NCBI GenBank assembly: GCA_020891255.1
Contig: BQFW01000006.1
Coordinates: forward strand, 2,046,001 to 2,110,000
Source: Entomortierella parvispora E1425
Taxonomy: Eukaryota > Fungi > Mortierellomycota
Length of the DNA: 64,000 nucleotides
Direction: 5' to 3'
The position numbers and the translations under genes were made by a program. Below are positions 46,830 through 59,850 of the stretch, in pieces. Within the stretch, counting starts at the first letter, position 1, and every line of letters begins with the position of its first letter. The notes under the pieces are model-generated. The model made no database searches, was not told the DNA's origin, and saw only the letters and a program-made list of their open reading frames with translations.

Positions 46830-49800
46830 GGCCAGTTAAAGTCAGACAGAAGAACTGGAAGAGTAATAAAAAGGTGAAGGAGCTAGGAAGAGGAGCTGTT
46901 GATGGAAGAGGGAGGAGGTGAGATCGAGTCTGAAGAGAAAGAAAAAAAAAAAAAGACCAAAGGAATCGAACTGATCCTTCATATTTATGTCAAAATGCAA
47001 ACGGCGATGACAAACAAACACAAGGGCAACCGATGCAAACGCATCAAACACAAGGGCCAGTGTGGAAGGCGCTGTTGGACGTTGCCATGTCCTCAGTAGG
47101 CAGACTCTAAACCATCGATCGCAGTCTAGACAGCAGCAAAAGAGGGTGGTCCACCCCAGCCTTACCAATACGGGAAGGAGTGCGGGGTCAAGGTTTGGTG
47201 TGCATGCGGAGGGTCTCTATTCGAGGTCTCCGACTGGCTGCCGTCCTCTTCCTCCTTTGTTTGAGTGTCGGATGCTCACCAACCCTTGTTAATCCGGGGG
47301 CAACCACTTGCTTTTCTTCGTTCTGCACTGTGTACTCACCATGTCAAACGGCACTCACTCAATGCGATTGGAGTCAGGTGGGCGGTGGTGAGGCTCCACT
47401 TTTTCCATTCCACCAATTCTTACTTTCCTTCTTTGTTGACATCGCTGGTTGCACACGCCCGCCCACACAAACAAATCCGGACATAAAGATTGCGGGGAAG
47501 GACGAAGGACGACTTTATTTTGTCTTTGTCTCTGTTGTTGGTGAAACTTGACATCAGCAAGACGACTTTCTTGACAGCCGTTGGTTCATGTTTTGCAGGA
47601 TAGGTTTGTTGGACCTTGCTTGATCTGCTCGTTCGGCAGAACTCACTTTCAAGACTGTACTTTAGCCGATGACTGCGGTCAATGGCTCGAAAAGTGTGGT
47701 AGAAGAGGCGGTTCTAACAATCTAACAGGCGAGAAAACCCAGAGATGTTGAAAGATACGCCAGACATCACTCAACAAGATCGCCAACCCGATTCCCCAGT
47801 CAATCTATCCATTTTTCTCCAGTGGTGCACATGGGGCAGGCAGGGGAGAATGTCCGTTCAGATCTGCTTTCCCTATCAGCCCTGCCTATCTCCCAAACCT
47901 CATCCAAGGGGGCGCTAGTCTCAGACGTTGCTCTCTCTCTGTCTCCCTCGCAAACAGGTGGTCAGCTCAAGCATGCGCTTGAATCGCCCATTGTGAAATT
48001 TTCATATTTAAATGCAACAAAGTTGCCCGCTTTTTTTCTCTTTTTTTTCATTCCATTTTCCCTCTCCCTCTCTCCCTCCTGCTCACTTCATCTTCTGGTC
48101 CTGCAGCCCTCACCATGCCTTTTTCGTCTTTCAATTGCCCTATCTTGGATAGAGTGGCCCTCCTCGACTAAGGTCACCTGTCTGTTCCAGCCGGCCGTTT
48201 TTTTCTGTGGAGAAACATTATTGATGGCGACACGCGATCGGGTTCCGGAAAGATAGATGTTCAGTCTTTCATGCACGCGCCCATAGAGACTTCTGTTCAA
48301 ACCATTTTTTGGACAGTGAACTTTGCGGGGAAGACCTTTTTTTTTCTGTCCGAATAAAGTGCCGCGAAAGAAGCAGACGCGCCACGAAACGCGATAGAAA
48401 ATCCTGTTATGAACTCCCGGCCCACCCTATTTTCCAACCCAGAGGCTAAAAGAAGCTACACGGAGGCAGTCATGACACATCGATCTATGACATCTTTTGA
48501 CACGTTCTAGCGGGTGGCATCTAGCATGAAGACTTTCTCGATCTATGGCCTTGCAGAAATAGACGTTGTTTGTACGTTCTTGTCGATTTGGGACGGGTGG
48601 CTTGCTTTGCAATCCCTGTGGCTCTTTCTGTATGCCCTGGACCTCAAATTAGTAGCCACCTGTTCAGCACAGACATGGACACTTTAGAATGTGAACAGCA
48701 GGGCTTTATTTGTGTCTTGCTTCGTCCTATCCACCCGTAATCTCATGTATTGCCTCTCTTACCTTGTTCCTTCTGCTCTGACTCCTCATTTCTGTCTTTT
48801 TTTTTTTTTTTTTTTTTTTTTTGGCATCATCTTCTCAATAAAGCTGCTCGCGCAACAACTCATTCGGTAACAGACGGACGTGATCAAAGAAACAAAAGAT
48901 CCTTGTTGTAATGGTTCACTTGGAGATTAGACCGGGTTGACCAGACTGTGATCACGCAGTCGTTGCAGATCAAGACGCGTCTCCTACGCGACAAGTCAAA
49001 GCCAGGGGCGCTTCTCCCAAAACTCATAGTAGGAAAGCACGTTGTGAGGTAGACAACGGGTGCGAAGGTGGGTTCATTTGTTTATGAGAAAGGCCACATC
49101 CAGCTGATATACGCACTAGAGAGGGTACAAATGACATACTCTACCCACAGACGCTTCAGAAACAAGCGCCAAATGGACCGCCACCTTGACCGCCACCTTA
49201 CAAGCCCTCATCCGTTTTCCTCCTGCTTCCGGGGTCGACTTCTCTATTCCTCCGTTGACATCATGCTCCTGGAGTCTGGGACATTCTCCATTCAATTGGC
49301 GCACTGCTTTTTTTCAGGTGCCACGCGCTCTTGCGCCATGGAAAGAACGAGGATTGCTCACCTTCCCATTGTCAATCCTCCCCACCCCTTCCATTGCGCT
49401 CAAGCACACAACAACAAAGATGCAGCAGCAAGCTCTTACCAGGGACCATGACGATATTGGACAAGATGGGGAAGGGAAGGGGTCCAAGGCCCAGAAACAT
49501 CCGCGGGATAGGGCTCTCAAAAAAAAAAAAAAAAAAAAAAAAAGCCATTAAAATTTTTTGTGGACCATTGGGACAACCACTTTGCAAAATGAACCGCTGT
49601 TTTTGAAAAACAGCAGAGAGAAGATCAGGGGCAAGGAAAATAACGCCTGGAGCTCGTGTGATGTCAACATGGGGGATACCGCCAGCAACGAAGAACACGG
49701 ACAAGGCTTGGGAAGACAACAACAGCAATGCCAGTTGGTGTCATCGGTAGATTGATTCCCGTTAGCTCGTTTGGGAGCAGTGCAAGGCAATGTCTTTTCT

Positions 49801-50085
49801 CTCTCGCTCGGAAGGGAGTCCATACTGAAAGTGAATGGATGGAGAAGGGGATGAGCTGGCCATTGACCGTTTCCTTGATAGACTAAGCAAAGCACCGAGA
49901 GCACTTTTTTTTTCTCTTCCAGCCAGCTCGGTCCCTGTTTATCATCAGGGAGGCGGATGAGTGAGAAAAAAAAATGCTCTCAACTCTTCACTATTTCAGC
50001 ATCATCATCCCAGCATTACGTTTCCTCTCTTTCTTTCTTTCCTTTCCCTCAGCTCCACCACTCACCTCCCCCTCCTCCCTTCATA

Positions 50086-52068
50086 ATGTCGTACTTCAGG
50101 CGCCCACAAGAATTCTACACGAAGACCCAATGGACCTACCCAGGTACAATCTCGGTGCCATGACGAGAAAAGCGATAGATGAGAGGAAGGCAGAGCCATC
50201 TTTTTAGCAACAAACCCTCCTATTGGAGTTCACCTTCACCTCAGAGACCATCACATCTTGTAAAGGGGACCAGGATGGCAGACTCTTAAGCTTCAGCTCA
50301 CAGCCCCTTTCATCGCGACATAACAGAAACAACACAACAATAACAGTAACAACAAATGGTTCCAAAAGCACCTCTTTCCTCGGTATCTGCCAGAAACATG
50401 AATGGTTGCTCGGATGCAAACAGCGGCGGGCAGGCAGCAGATACAAATGAGCAATCAGTCGATCAGGGGCGCACAAGCAAGAAAACGAGAGCAAAGAAAC
50501 TGAAAGACAGGAGTAGACCAAGGAGCAAAAACCACCATCGGAGCGCTGGCATCTAACGGATTGCCGTTTGAAAACCTCATAGTTGCTCTCCGTGTCCGTG
50601 GATCGGTCATCCCTACGGTCCTTCCTGATGTTATGGTCATCACTGGTTTCTCGGCGATGGTCCAGCTCATCCAGACGTTGGGGATCCTCCCTTTTGACCT
50701 CTTCTTCCCCAACATTATCGGTAAGTTCCCGGAGAAACGTTTGGATGCAGGTGGCAAAGGGGGGAAAAAGGAGGAGGAGGAAAGAGGATGAGCGGGATGA
50801 ACTAAAGGAAGGTAGCACGAGCAAGTCGAGATTGATCTAAACGCCGCTCCCGTCCCTTGCTGTATTTTTATTTTTTCTGATAGCTGGTGCGTTGTCTGTG
50901 GTGGTTGGTTTGCTCTTGGCCTTCCGTACCAACACGGCCTATGATCGTTTCTGGGAAGGTCGCAAGTTGTGGTCGTCGTTGGATGTGCAGGTGCGCAACT
51001 TTTCGCGTATGATCTGGGTTGGCATGAAGGAGACACAGCATGATGCTAGCGGATTTGTGGGTGGTCCCAGCACTACCAGCTTGACCGCTGCTCCCGTGAA
51101 GGCCCCTGCTGCCCCCACTGGCGCTGTCCCCGCCCCTGCTGCTGCTCCTGCTGGTTCCCCCGCTGGTCTTCATCTCTTTGGTCGCAGCAAGCCTTCGTCC
51201 CCTGATGGTTCCAAGGTCAACTCAAACGCCACCCTTTCCGAAGCCGCCGGTAACGATCGCCGTCACCACCACGCCGACGACCATGAGAAAGTCTTGGTCA
51301 TCAACTTGTTGCTCGCTTACGCTGTCTCTGTCAAGCATCACTTGCGTCAGGAATTCGGCACCCGTTACTTTGATTTGGAATACCTTTTGCCTGAGGGCTT
51401 TGTTCCCTGCGCTGCCACTGACCGTGTCGAGATCAAGGTTCAACACGATCAGGCTGTGGGTGACCGTTACCGCCACTACAACGAGGAAGCCTGGTCTGTC
51501 CAGTCTGGCAACGACGACGGACAAATGTCTTTGCCCTTGGAGATTGCCTATGCTTTGTCGCTCTGGATCATTGGCGAGTCTCGTGCAGGCAGAATCGAGG
51601 GCTCTTTGGTCGGTAACCTTTTGGGATCCATCAACACCATGACCGACATTTTCACCAACATGGAGCGTATTGTCTTTACTCCTATTCCCCTCGCCTACAG
51701 CATTCACTTGTAAGTGCCCTCCTCTCTTTTCTTTAACCTTGCAACACGCTGTTGTGCAATGGAATCCAAGGATACAATTGCTAACCAACTTCATTTTCTT
51801 CTGGGTAACAATTAGGCGTCAGGTCGTTTACTTGTACTGCCTGGCCCTTCCCTTCACGTTCATCAGGGACTTGGAATGGCACACCGTCACCTTGATGGCT
51901 TTGGTTTCCTTCACTCTTTTCGGTATGGAGGGCATTGCCACCGAGATCCAGAACCCCTTCGGAAAGGATGCGAACGATTTGCACATGGACGAGTTCTGCC
52001 AGGATCTCAAGAAGGAAATGGACTACCTCGTCAACCTTCGCAACACCGTCCCCGGCGCCCACAACTAA
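50086..52068 (+). CDS. Bestrophin-like (UPF0187/RFP-TM) anion channel, 4 exons
   Basis: ALRVRGSVIP; VVGLLLAFRTNTAYDRFWEGRKLW; ERIVFTPIPLAYSIHL; GMEGIATEIQNPFGKDANDL. Confidence 0.9.
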
Positions 52069-52326
52069 AAAAAAGGATCTTAATTGATCTTTCTCCCAGT
52101 CTCTTTTTGCCAACGTCCTTCCCATAAAAATAAAGAGTTTCTTTTTTTGATACCTCTCTCATGGAATGTTGATGAAAGAAAAAAAAAAGTGCGTCAAGCC
52201 CAGCATTTTTGGTTTTATTGTATCGTATTGTAATTTAGCATGAAAATGAAAGGTGTGGTATGTGTTATGAACGGATGAGGAAGGGGTTCATCAAAGAGCG
52301 GAAAAACAAAAAGGTGGTCTGAGATT

Positions 52327-53439
52327 CTATCCGCGCAAGTTCTGAGGCAAGGTGCCAGGTTCTGGACGGTATTGTGTAGGAGCCGCTGGGTTCTGTGGGT
52401 AAGCACCGAGCTCGACGCGATCGTCCTCGTCCTCCTCGTCGTCGCTATAAGCTCCAGCGCCCGTGCCGTCACGTCCTCCATCGAATCGTTCGTCATCAAA
52501 GGAAACGCCGACTCGAGACTGCATCAAGGCCGACGAGTGAGGACCATTCTCGCCCACCAATCCAGTCTCGTCATCGTAATCGTCCTGACCACTCGACAAC
52601 GACATGAACCGTCCGTCTCTCTTGGCGCCAGCACCCAGAGCTCCAGCGGCAAAGAATTTGCGGTAGCCGAGGAAACAAGCTCCAATGATACCCGCAAACA
52701 CCAAGATGCCTACAATCCCCGATCCAATCGCAAAGCCAGCAGAGTGAGTGCCCGACTTTGATTCATCCGACGTCGCTGTTTCTGTCCCGGCAGCCGCTCC
52801 AGAGGTCGCCGATGCTGAAGCCGATCCTGTGGCGGAGGCGGCTAAACTGGTCGCGGTGGTGGGCAAGGTGACAGGCTCTGTGTGGTTCTTGCCATCCGGG
52901 TCCTGATCTGGCAAGACCGTGGGCGACAACTCGATCTCGTACATGCCTGGTTTTGCGTCCAAGAACTGTCCGATATACTTGACCGAGGCAAAACTTCCAG
53001 AGTTGGACAGGACTTGACTTTGCATGGACCAATCAAACTCTTCACATTGATCGTCCAAGAAAAAGTTCAGAGCCACTTCGGAATCGGTCGCAGTGATGGC
53101 TGTGTAGTTGCGGACGGGGTTGTCGGGGTCATCGGGGTTGGAGAGGGGCAGTTTGAATTGATTGAAGCATTGGTTGAGGGTGAGTTGCTCGACGTAATTG
53201 GTCGACTCTGCCTGGAAGGTGACCTCAATCAGCTGGGCCGAGGGGTCGACGTACTTGACATCGCGACGGGCGAACGAGTGACGAGCTCCGGCCACCGTGA
53301 CGGGTGCAGGGGCGGCGGTGATGCTCTCGAGAACAACGAGAGCGAGGGTGGCGGTCATGGCCAGGTTCCGCCATGTCCTTGGTGAAGACATGGATGCGAG
53401 TCCTGTTTTCCGCGTCCTTTGGCTGTGAGTTCCAGTCAT
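52327..53439 (-). CDS. Uncharacterised type I membrane protein; paralogue of 3697-4680
   Basis: Intronless 370 aa from the ATG at 53439. Signal-like LAMTATLALVVLESITA, possible Kex2 site ARR, two-Cys ectodomain, Ser/Thr/Ala stalk, TM (FAIGSGIVGILVFAGIIGACFLGY) followed by RK, acidic tail. Confidence 0.85.
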   Translation of the reverse strand: MTGTHSQRTRKTGLASMSSPRTWRNLAMTATLALVVLESITAAPAPVTVAGARHSFARRDVKYVDPSAQLIEVTFQAESTNYVEQLTLNQCFNQFKLPLSNPDDPDNPVRNYTAITATDSEVALNFFLDDQCEEFDWSMQSQVLSNSGSFASVKYIGQFLDAKPGMYEIELSPTVLPDQDPDGKNHTEPVTLPTTATSLAASATGSASASATSGAAAGTETATSDESKSGTHSAGFAIGSGIVGILVFAGIIGACFLGYRKFFAAGALGAGAKRDGRFMSLSSGQDDYDDETGLVGENGPHSSALMQSRVGVSFDDERFDGGRDGTGAGAYSDDEEDEDDRVELGAYPQNPAAPTQYRPEPGTLPQNLRG

Positions 53440-54509
53440 TGTGAATTCCTTGTCCTGCGACTGCTGTCCTGACAAAAGAGATGAAGAGATGAAGAGGTGT
53501 GGAAGGAAGGAAGGAAAGAAAGAGAAGAAGAAAGAAGAGGAAAGAAGAAAGAAGAAAGGCCTGATGAGAAGGATGGATGAATGAGACGATGCACAAAGAA
53601 CACCACGGGCCAGCCCACTGCCATTCATTACTGTGATACTGTGATACTGCGAAATTATTTTTAGACGGCGTCGTCGTGGTCTCTTCCCGCAGGGCTTCTG
53701 CACCGTGCAAGGCGAACGTTTGTCCGCCTAGCCCAAACAGGCAGCTGGTCCGTCGCGGGCTGGCTTGGCCTGCTCGCTTGCTCACTTCCTTCTGCTTCTC
53801 TTCTTCTTTAGTTGCTCTCTCTCCTCCCACCATCGATGACATGGCTCGTCTCTGCTGCAACAGGGAATCCCGATCTGTTGTGGACGGGTTCCACTTCTCG
53901 GACACAGCATACAAACACAAAGATTCAAAAATAAACATTGGGGGGGATCCACTTTCGGCCAACGCGGTTTCATGTCGGCTAAGAATGAAAGGTTGTCAAA
54001 ACGCAAAGGCAACGTCCATCCGTCAGTCTGTTACTCTTATCTATAGAGACAACACTGTTGGAAAGATTGGGCAAAGAGTCCAGCGGCCACAGAACAAGAG
54101 CAGGTGTTGCCGCTCGTAGATAGTCAGTCATCCCCCTGCTCTTTCAATAGAGCATCCCATCCTCAGCCCTCAGGCATGCCTCTGGCAGCGCTAACTTTCG
54201 GATCGTTGCCATCTCACATCCTCAATTGGTCAATTGATCAATTGAGGGACCACGGTCGCCGCTTGACCTTTTTCAGGCACACCGCAAGTTACATTGTCAC
54301 TTCTACTGCCTCAGAGTAGATCGCCGATCAAATAAGACTACTCATGTCCTATACCATTTGTAAGCTGATGCACCCGATGCGTTGAGTGTATCGGCTCATT
54401 CGTAGAAGCTACAAAGCTACAAACCAAACCTGAATATCGATGTGGAGAATCAATGAAACGCTTTTATTTCTTATTCTAGTAGCTTGCGAAATTTGAAGGT
54501 AAAAAAAAA

Positions 54510-56749
54510 CTACAGTTCGGACGCACGGCTGTATGGGAACAACATCCAGATCAAGAAACACGCAATGGTCATGACTAGGAGCTGGATCTTTGAGTGCTCC
54601 AGGTGGTACTTGAGCAACGCTGCAGCGTTGTCCATAACACTCTTTGACCTGGATAATCTACGACTGTCTGGTGGATGCATCATTGATGCTTTGTTTGCAG
54701 TGAGCCCAGCGGTTGGTGAGCAAGGTTCCTCCTGGATCGTAGTTGGAATGAACAAGCCCTTGGACGATCCAACGGCCATGGCAACTGGAATCGAGAGGTG
54801 CTTTGGGGGTTGACCTGAAGTTGGGCTTGTCGAACATGAGGAGGTGGTGCTGGAGAGGAAAAGCGTTGGATAAGAACCGGGCGACGATGGAGCAGAGGAT
54901 GCGGCTGAACTATTTGATGATCTCCTCGACAAACCACCCATTGAAACGGTAGGGCGGATCGACTCAGCGTATTGCCAACGTTCAAAGACTTGACTCGGCC
55001 GGGAGTGATGTTGCTGGGGTTGCCAATCCAAAGAGCGGAAGGGTGGGGTGTACGAAGACGAAGTGGTCGACGAGGAAGAGGATGAAATGGATCCTGGATC
55101 ATCCTCAGGATCTCTGAGTGTCAAGGCAGAAGACGACAAACAAGGAATGTAGTTTTCTGAAAGTCGTGTTCGATCAAGATCTTTCCACTAATGGGGGACA
55201 GAAGCATCGGACAGACCATCTCTGGATCAGTCTAACCGAAGAGGAATGGACGACGAGAGCGCTCCTAAAGAACCTACCGAGATGGGTGTCAAGTTTTCAG
55301 CCTCGAGAGCTGACAAAGATACACTTTGGAGCAAGAACCGATCTTGAGGACTGATCCAGCTATCACTGCGTACTGTGTGGATGTGCAAACATAGCCAGAA
55401 GAGTGCAGCGATTGTCAATCAACATGGCCCTTTTGATAGGCACTGAACAGGAGGAAGAAGCTAGAACGGCCCTTCATTTTTACCAGAGATCTTGATAGTT
55501 TCCCCTGCAGGGATGACCCCGAGCACAGGTTTAACAGAGTACTTCATCGGTGCATTGGTCTTGAACTTGAATCCGACCGGACTAGATGTATGATTCTCGA
55601 GCTTGAGTTTGGCAAACTGGCCTGGCATGACCTTGGAGGCTGCAAGGGGGAAAGAGAATGAGATGGAGAAATGGTAAAGGACGCGTCAGCCAATCACGAC
55701 AACTGGATCCACACCGTGATACCCTAGATTTGCTCCGAGTGGACTTGCTCGTCTCGGGCACATCGAGGCGCCTGTTTCTGCTGGTTTTGCTGCTAAACTT
55801 TTTTTTCTCTCTCTCCCCTCACTCACTTCCGTTGAGGCCATGGCCACGATAGGTAGATGGACTGGCACCAGGGCTGATGCCACACAGGTGCGCAGAGCAC
55901 GGACGATAAGCGAGAGAGGAACTCACGTCTATCATTCCTTTGCCAAATCCAAATACAATTTTTTTTGCTGTCGCTCGGACCAATCCGCATGGTCGAAGGA
56001 GAGCGTGGATGGGCGAAGCTGCTGCTGTGGAGTCCGATTCCTTCCTTTCGTCCAAGCGTCATTTTTTATGCCTTTTCTTCCCTCCCTTTTCACATTCACC
56101 AAAAAAAGAAAAGGCCAAACTCATTTGCTGTTGTCATGGACATGTTCTTCCTTCCTTCTCCTCCACCTTGATGACAGGTGTGATCTTTGTTAACCACAAT
56201 GCCATGTGCTTCATTCCCACAGGAGATGTGTTTCCTGCAGCTGATGGGCAACTGCCTGCTCTTTTTTTTTTGTCCCCCTTTTTTATGTGATCTTTTCAGC
56301 CGAGTGCATCCAACCGTGCGCAATCTTTTGGCGCACGCTCTTTGGAAAAGGAAAAAATGTGGAGGTGATAAAGGGAGATCCGAGCAAAAGATTGCTGACG
56401 GAGAGAAAGTGGTTCGATGGGATGGAAAGAGGGAGTGAGGGACAACATGAGCGCGTGGGGCCAGGTGCAGCCCCGCACAGATACCATTTTCTCGGACTCT
56501 CCTTCGTCCATTCCTTTCCAACGCTTTTTCTAACTGTCGACCTCCGAGCCCCAACCTCGATAGAAAAAAAAAAAAAAGAATCAGAAAGCAATCTTTACCT
56601 GAAAACTGAAAGCCTGGAGGGGATACTCGCAGTAAGGACGAAGCCGTTTTTGATGTGATTGATGGAGTTGGATTTGATGTGGGAGACGAGATGGGAGAGT
56701 GGGCTGTCTGTCCTGTGGCAACAGCAGAGATATAAGGACTTTCAGGCAT
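54510..56749 (-). CDS. MSP (major sperm protein)-domain tail-anchored protein, VAP/Scs2-like
   Basis: Exon 1 56599-56749 (LLRVSPPGFQFS), then a 959-bp intron, then KLKLENHTSSPVGFKFKTNAPMKYSVKPVLGVIPAGETIKI and QDRFLLQSV. Ser-rich linker and C-terminal TM (IQLLVMTIACFLIWMLFPY). Confidence 0.85.
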
Positions 56750-58087
56750 GTTGTGTAAAAAGTGAGAGTGAAGAGTGGAGAGTGGAGGGTAAAGTGTGAT
56801 GAATGGTGAGGATGGCTGAAAAAGCAGCAAGCAGCAAAGTGAGCAAGGACGTGAAGGTACAAAGTTGCGATGAAGTATGAGAAGGAGAGTCAGTAGAGAA
56901 GAGAAGAGAGATGCAAAAAAAAGTCGAATCAGGAAGGTCGCGCCGTGACAACTCTTTTATACGCTCTCGTGCTGCGGTGCTGGGCCAAGATGGCCAGAGT
57001 GGCAGCGCACAATGACCTTCTCGTCCTCTTTGCCCGTTTCCACTTCCCATGCTGCCCAGAGCGAGACACCCTGACGATGGTTAGTGCCCACGGACGTCTC
57101 GCTTCGCCCACGTTGCTCTCCTCGCGTCCCGGAGTGGGGGGGTCGAGCATTGGCGGTCACACAGGCGGTGGTTTTGGTGGCGTTCAGATCGCTTGCCCGT
57201 TCGATGGCTCGGGTGCTTCATGTCGAGCGACAAGGGTCTTGTACGACGGGCGTGCAGCGGCTTCATGGCAGCAGATAACTACGTGGTTCAGCTACAGCCA
57301 TGCTGTCTAGATTGGTTCCGTAGGCCATGGCACCAAGATCTTCCTTGCCTCGTTCCTAACCGGATTATTGTACGCTTTGCTGAACAGGCTTTGTTGAACT
57401 ATGGACGACACTTACCCCACCTCGTCTCCTCAACCACTCATCTATCGCCGCTTGGTTGACCAAGCTGGTCAGGCCAGTGCAAGGAGAGTGGCTGCCGTTG
57501 CTGTTAGGTTTCCATGGGGCGTGAACTGTGGTGGAATCGCTGGCAATGGACGGGAACTTTAATCTTCATGTAACCAGTTTTCGGTTTTCGGTTTTCGGGT
57601 TTTCACCTTTTTTTTTTTTGTTTGTCGTTTGTGTGGAGATGTGGAGGATGGTTTGAAAGAGGGCGACAGCAAGAGAGACCATCAGCCCTTCTCATTTTGA
57701 TCCCTAGGATCCATCGCCAAGTGAGAATGTGTGTCCGCGGAACCAACTTTATAAAGGTCCAAACCGGCTGGAAGTTTTTGCCACCAATTCCCCGTTGCTT
57801 TGGTAAGGTGACACCAAAAAGTCGCCGAACAGGACGATCTTCCGTGGTGTTCATCGTGGATACCCCAACCAAGAACATTGTGAAAAGAACAAGGGTCTAC
57901 ATTTTGGGATAAACCAGTTTTCATCTGCAGACAATGAAGGAAAAGAGGGCAATGGCATTTGTCGTATGAACTCAAACGAGTCCTTCACCATCATCTGCTC
58001 CAAACCCTAACAATGGACCCATTGAGAAAAGTAAAATAAAAAAACAAAAAAACAGGAAGAGCGTCGGTTGAAGGGTCGCGGCGGATG

Positions 58088-58093
58088 TATAAA
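58088..58093 (+). promoter_or_regulatory. Candidate TATA box of the SDR gene
   Basis: TATAAA followed by a CT-rich 5' UTR-like tract, ~120 bp upstream of the ATG. Confidence 0.4.
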
Positions 58094-58210
58094 GAGTGGA
58101 GTTCCTTCCTCGACTTTTTTCTCTTTTTCTTGCTCACTTCAATTCCTCATTCACTTCCTCCTCCCCTTACCCAACTACATCCCCAACAACTCTGCTCATC
58201 TCCATCCACA

Positions 58211-59283
58211 ATGCACGTCCAGAACAAGGTCGCCATCATCACCGGAGCTGCCTCCGGTATGTACCAGCCCTGCAGCAGTAATAGCAACTAGCCACAACCA
58301 CCTGTAGATCACGATCTCACCAAAAATGGCCTCCTTCATTTACATTCTCCTCCTATCAGGTCTCGGAAAGGCTCTTGCCGAGCGTCTCGTCAGCAAGGGG
58401 TAAAAAGGAACCCCCCACCAAATGACTTTTGAAGTCGTCAGTGATCTCGAAAGAACGTACTCATCGTTTCCACCCTTGCTGTCTGAATTAAATAGCGCCA
58501 AGGTCATCATTGGCGATGTCGCTGTCAAGGCCGGTGAGGTTTTCGCCGAGGAATTGAACGCTGGGTATGTCCATCATTTCGTTCAAGACGGGTTCGATCT
58601 TGAGACCAAGTTCATCCTCTCACATCTGTTTTGAACTCTTACTCTTCCCACTCAACAGCAAGCCCCACAAGGTCGCCCACTTTGTCCGTTGCGATGTCAC
58701 CAACTTTGAAGAGATCCATGCCCTTTTCAACGCTGCCGACGAGCACTTTGGCGGAGTCGATATCGTGGTCAACAACGCCGGTATTGCCGAATACACCAGC
58801 GCCCTCCTTACCAACACTCCTTACGGTGAGCCCAACGACAAGTGGCCCCGTTTGGTCGCCATCAACTTGACCGCTGTCATCGAGGGTACCCGCCGTGCCA
58901 TCGAGACCATGCGCGTCCAGGGCCGTGGCGGTGTCATTGTCAACACCTCTTCCATTGCTGGCTTGATCCCCAACCCCGACTGGAACACTCCCGTCTACAC
59001 TGCCGTCAAGTTTGGTGTCTGCGGTTTCTCCCGCTCCTTCAAGGGCAACGAGAAGCGCCAGGGACCCGACCACGGCATCCGTGTCAACTGCGTCGCCCCC
59101 GCTCCTGCCGATACCCCCATCCTCGATGCCGTTCGCGATGCGGTCAAGAACTTCCCCATGGTCACCGTCGAGAAGGTCATCGATGCCTTCATGTTGGTCA
59201 TTGAGGACGACAACATTAGCGGTGATGTTGCCAGAATCACCCCCGATGAGGGCATTGTTATCATGGGCAGCGACCACTTTTAA
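58211..59283 (+). CDS. Classical short-chain dehydrogenase/reductase (15-hydroxyprostaglandin dehydrogenase-like), 4 exons
   Basis: KVAIITGAAS|GLG; IIGD (acidic residue, NAD preference); VVNNAGI; NTSSIAG; catalytic YTAVK; GIRVNCVAP. Confidence 0.92.
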
Positions 59284-59850
59284 GGAACTCGTCGTTTTTT
59301 GAAAGGGCAATTGACCCACTATGATTCACTCAACCAGCGAATTACAAGGCCGTTTCCTACCCTTTGCACTATCGAAAGAAGTGCATGTAAGATATATGTA
59401 TAAAGAAAAAGTTTTTTTAGTATCTCTCTCTGGTCCCCCTTCTCTGAAGATTCTTGATCACGACGTTGACGCGTTTTTGTTAGGTTTGTAGACCTCAATG
59501 GAAGGGGATTGGCCAAATATCGTCATGCCTGACCCTCAAAGCAAGGAGGAGTACCACTGGGCGCGTTTTGGTCTGGAGTGCCAAGCCAACTTGACTTGGT
59601 GGGCGTCCATGGGCGGGAGAGTCAGGAAGAAAGCGCCGCACGCCCTCCGCAGTGACCCTGACCTCGCGATGACACATCCATCCACTATTTGTAGCTTTTT
59701 TTATACTCGCGCTATTTTCTTGTGTTCACGCTTCCCACCCAGATCCCACGACATCAAGGTTCTATTTTTTCCCTCCTCTTTTCGTTTCTTTTCTTTTCTC
59801 TTCCATTCATCAACCTTTTTTTTCATTCTCATTTCCTCATTGCCAACATC

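Noticed and set aside
55715-55763. Possible alternative first exon (MCPRRASPLGANLGYH) in phase with MSP exon 2
   Set aside because: Weak donor (GTGTGG), and it would delete the first MSP strand; the exon at 56599-56749 completes the domain.
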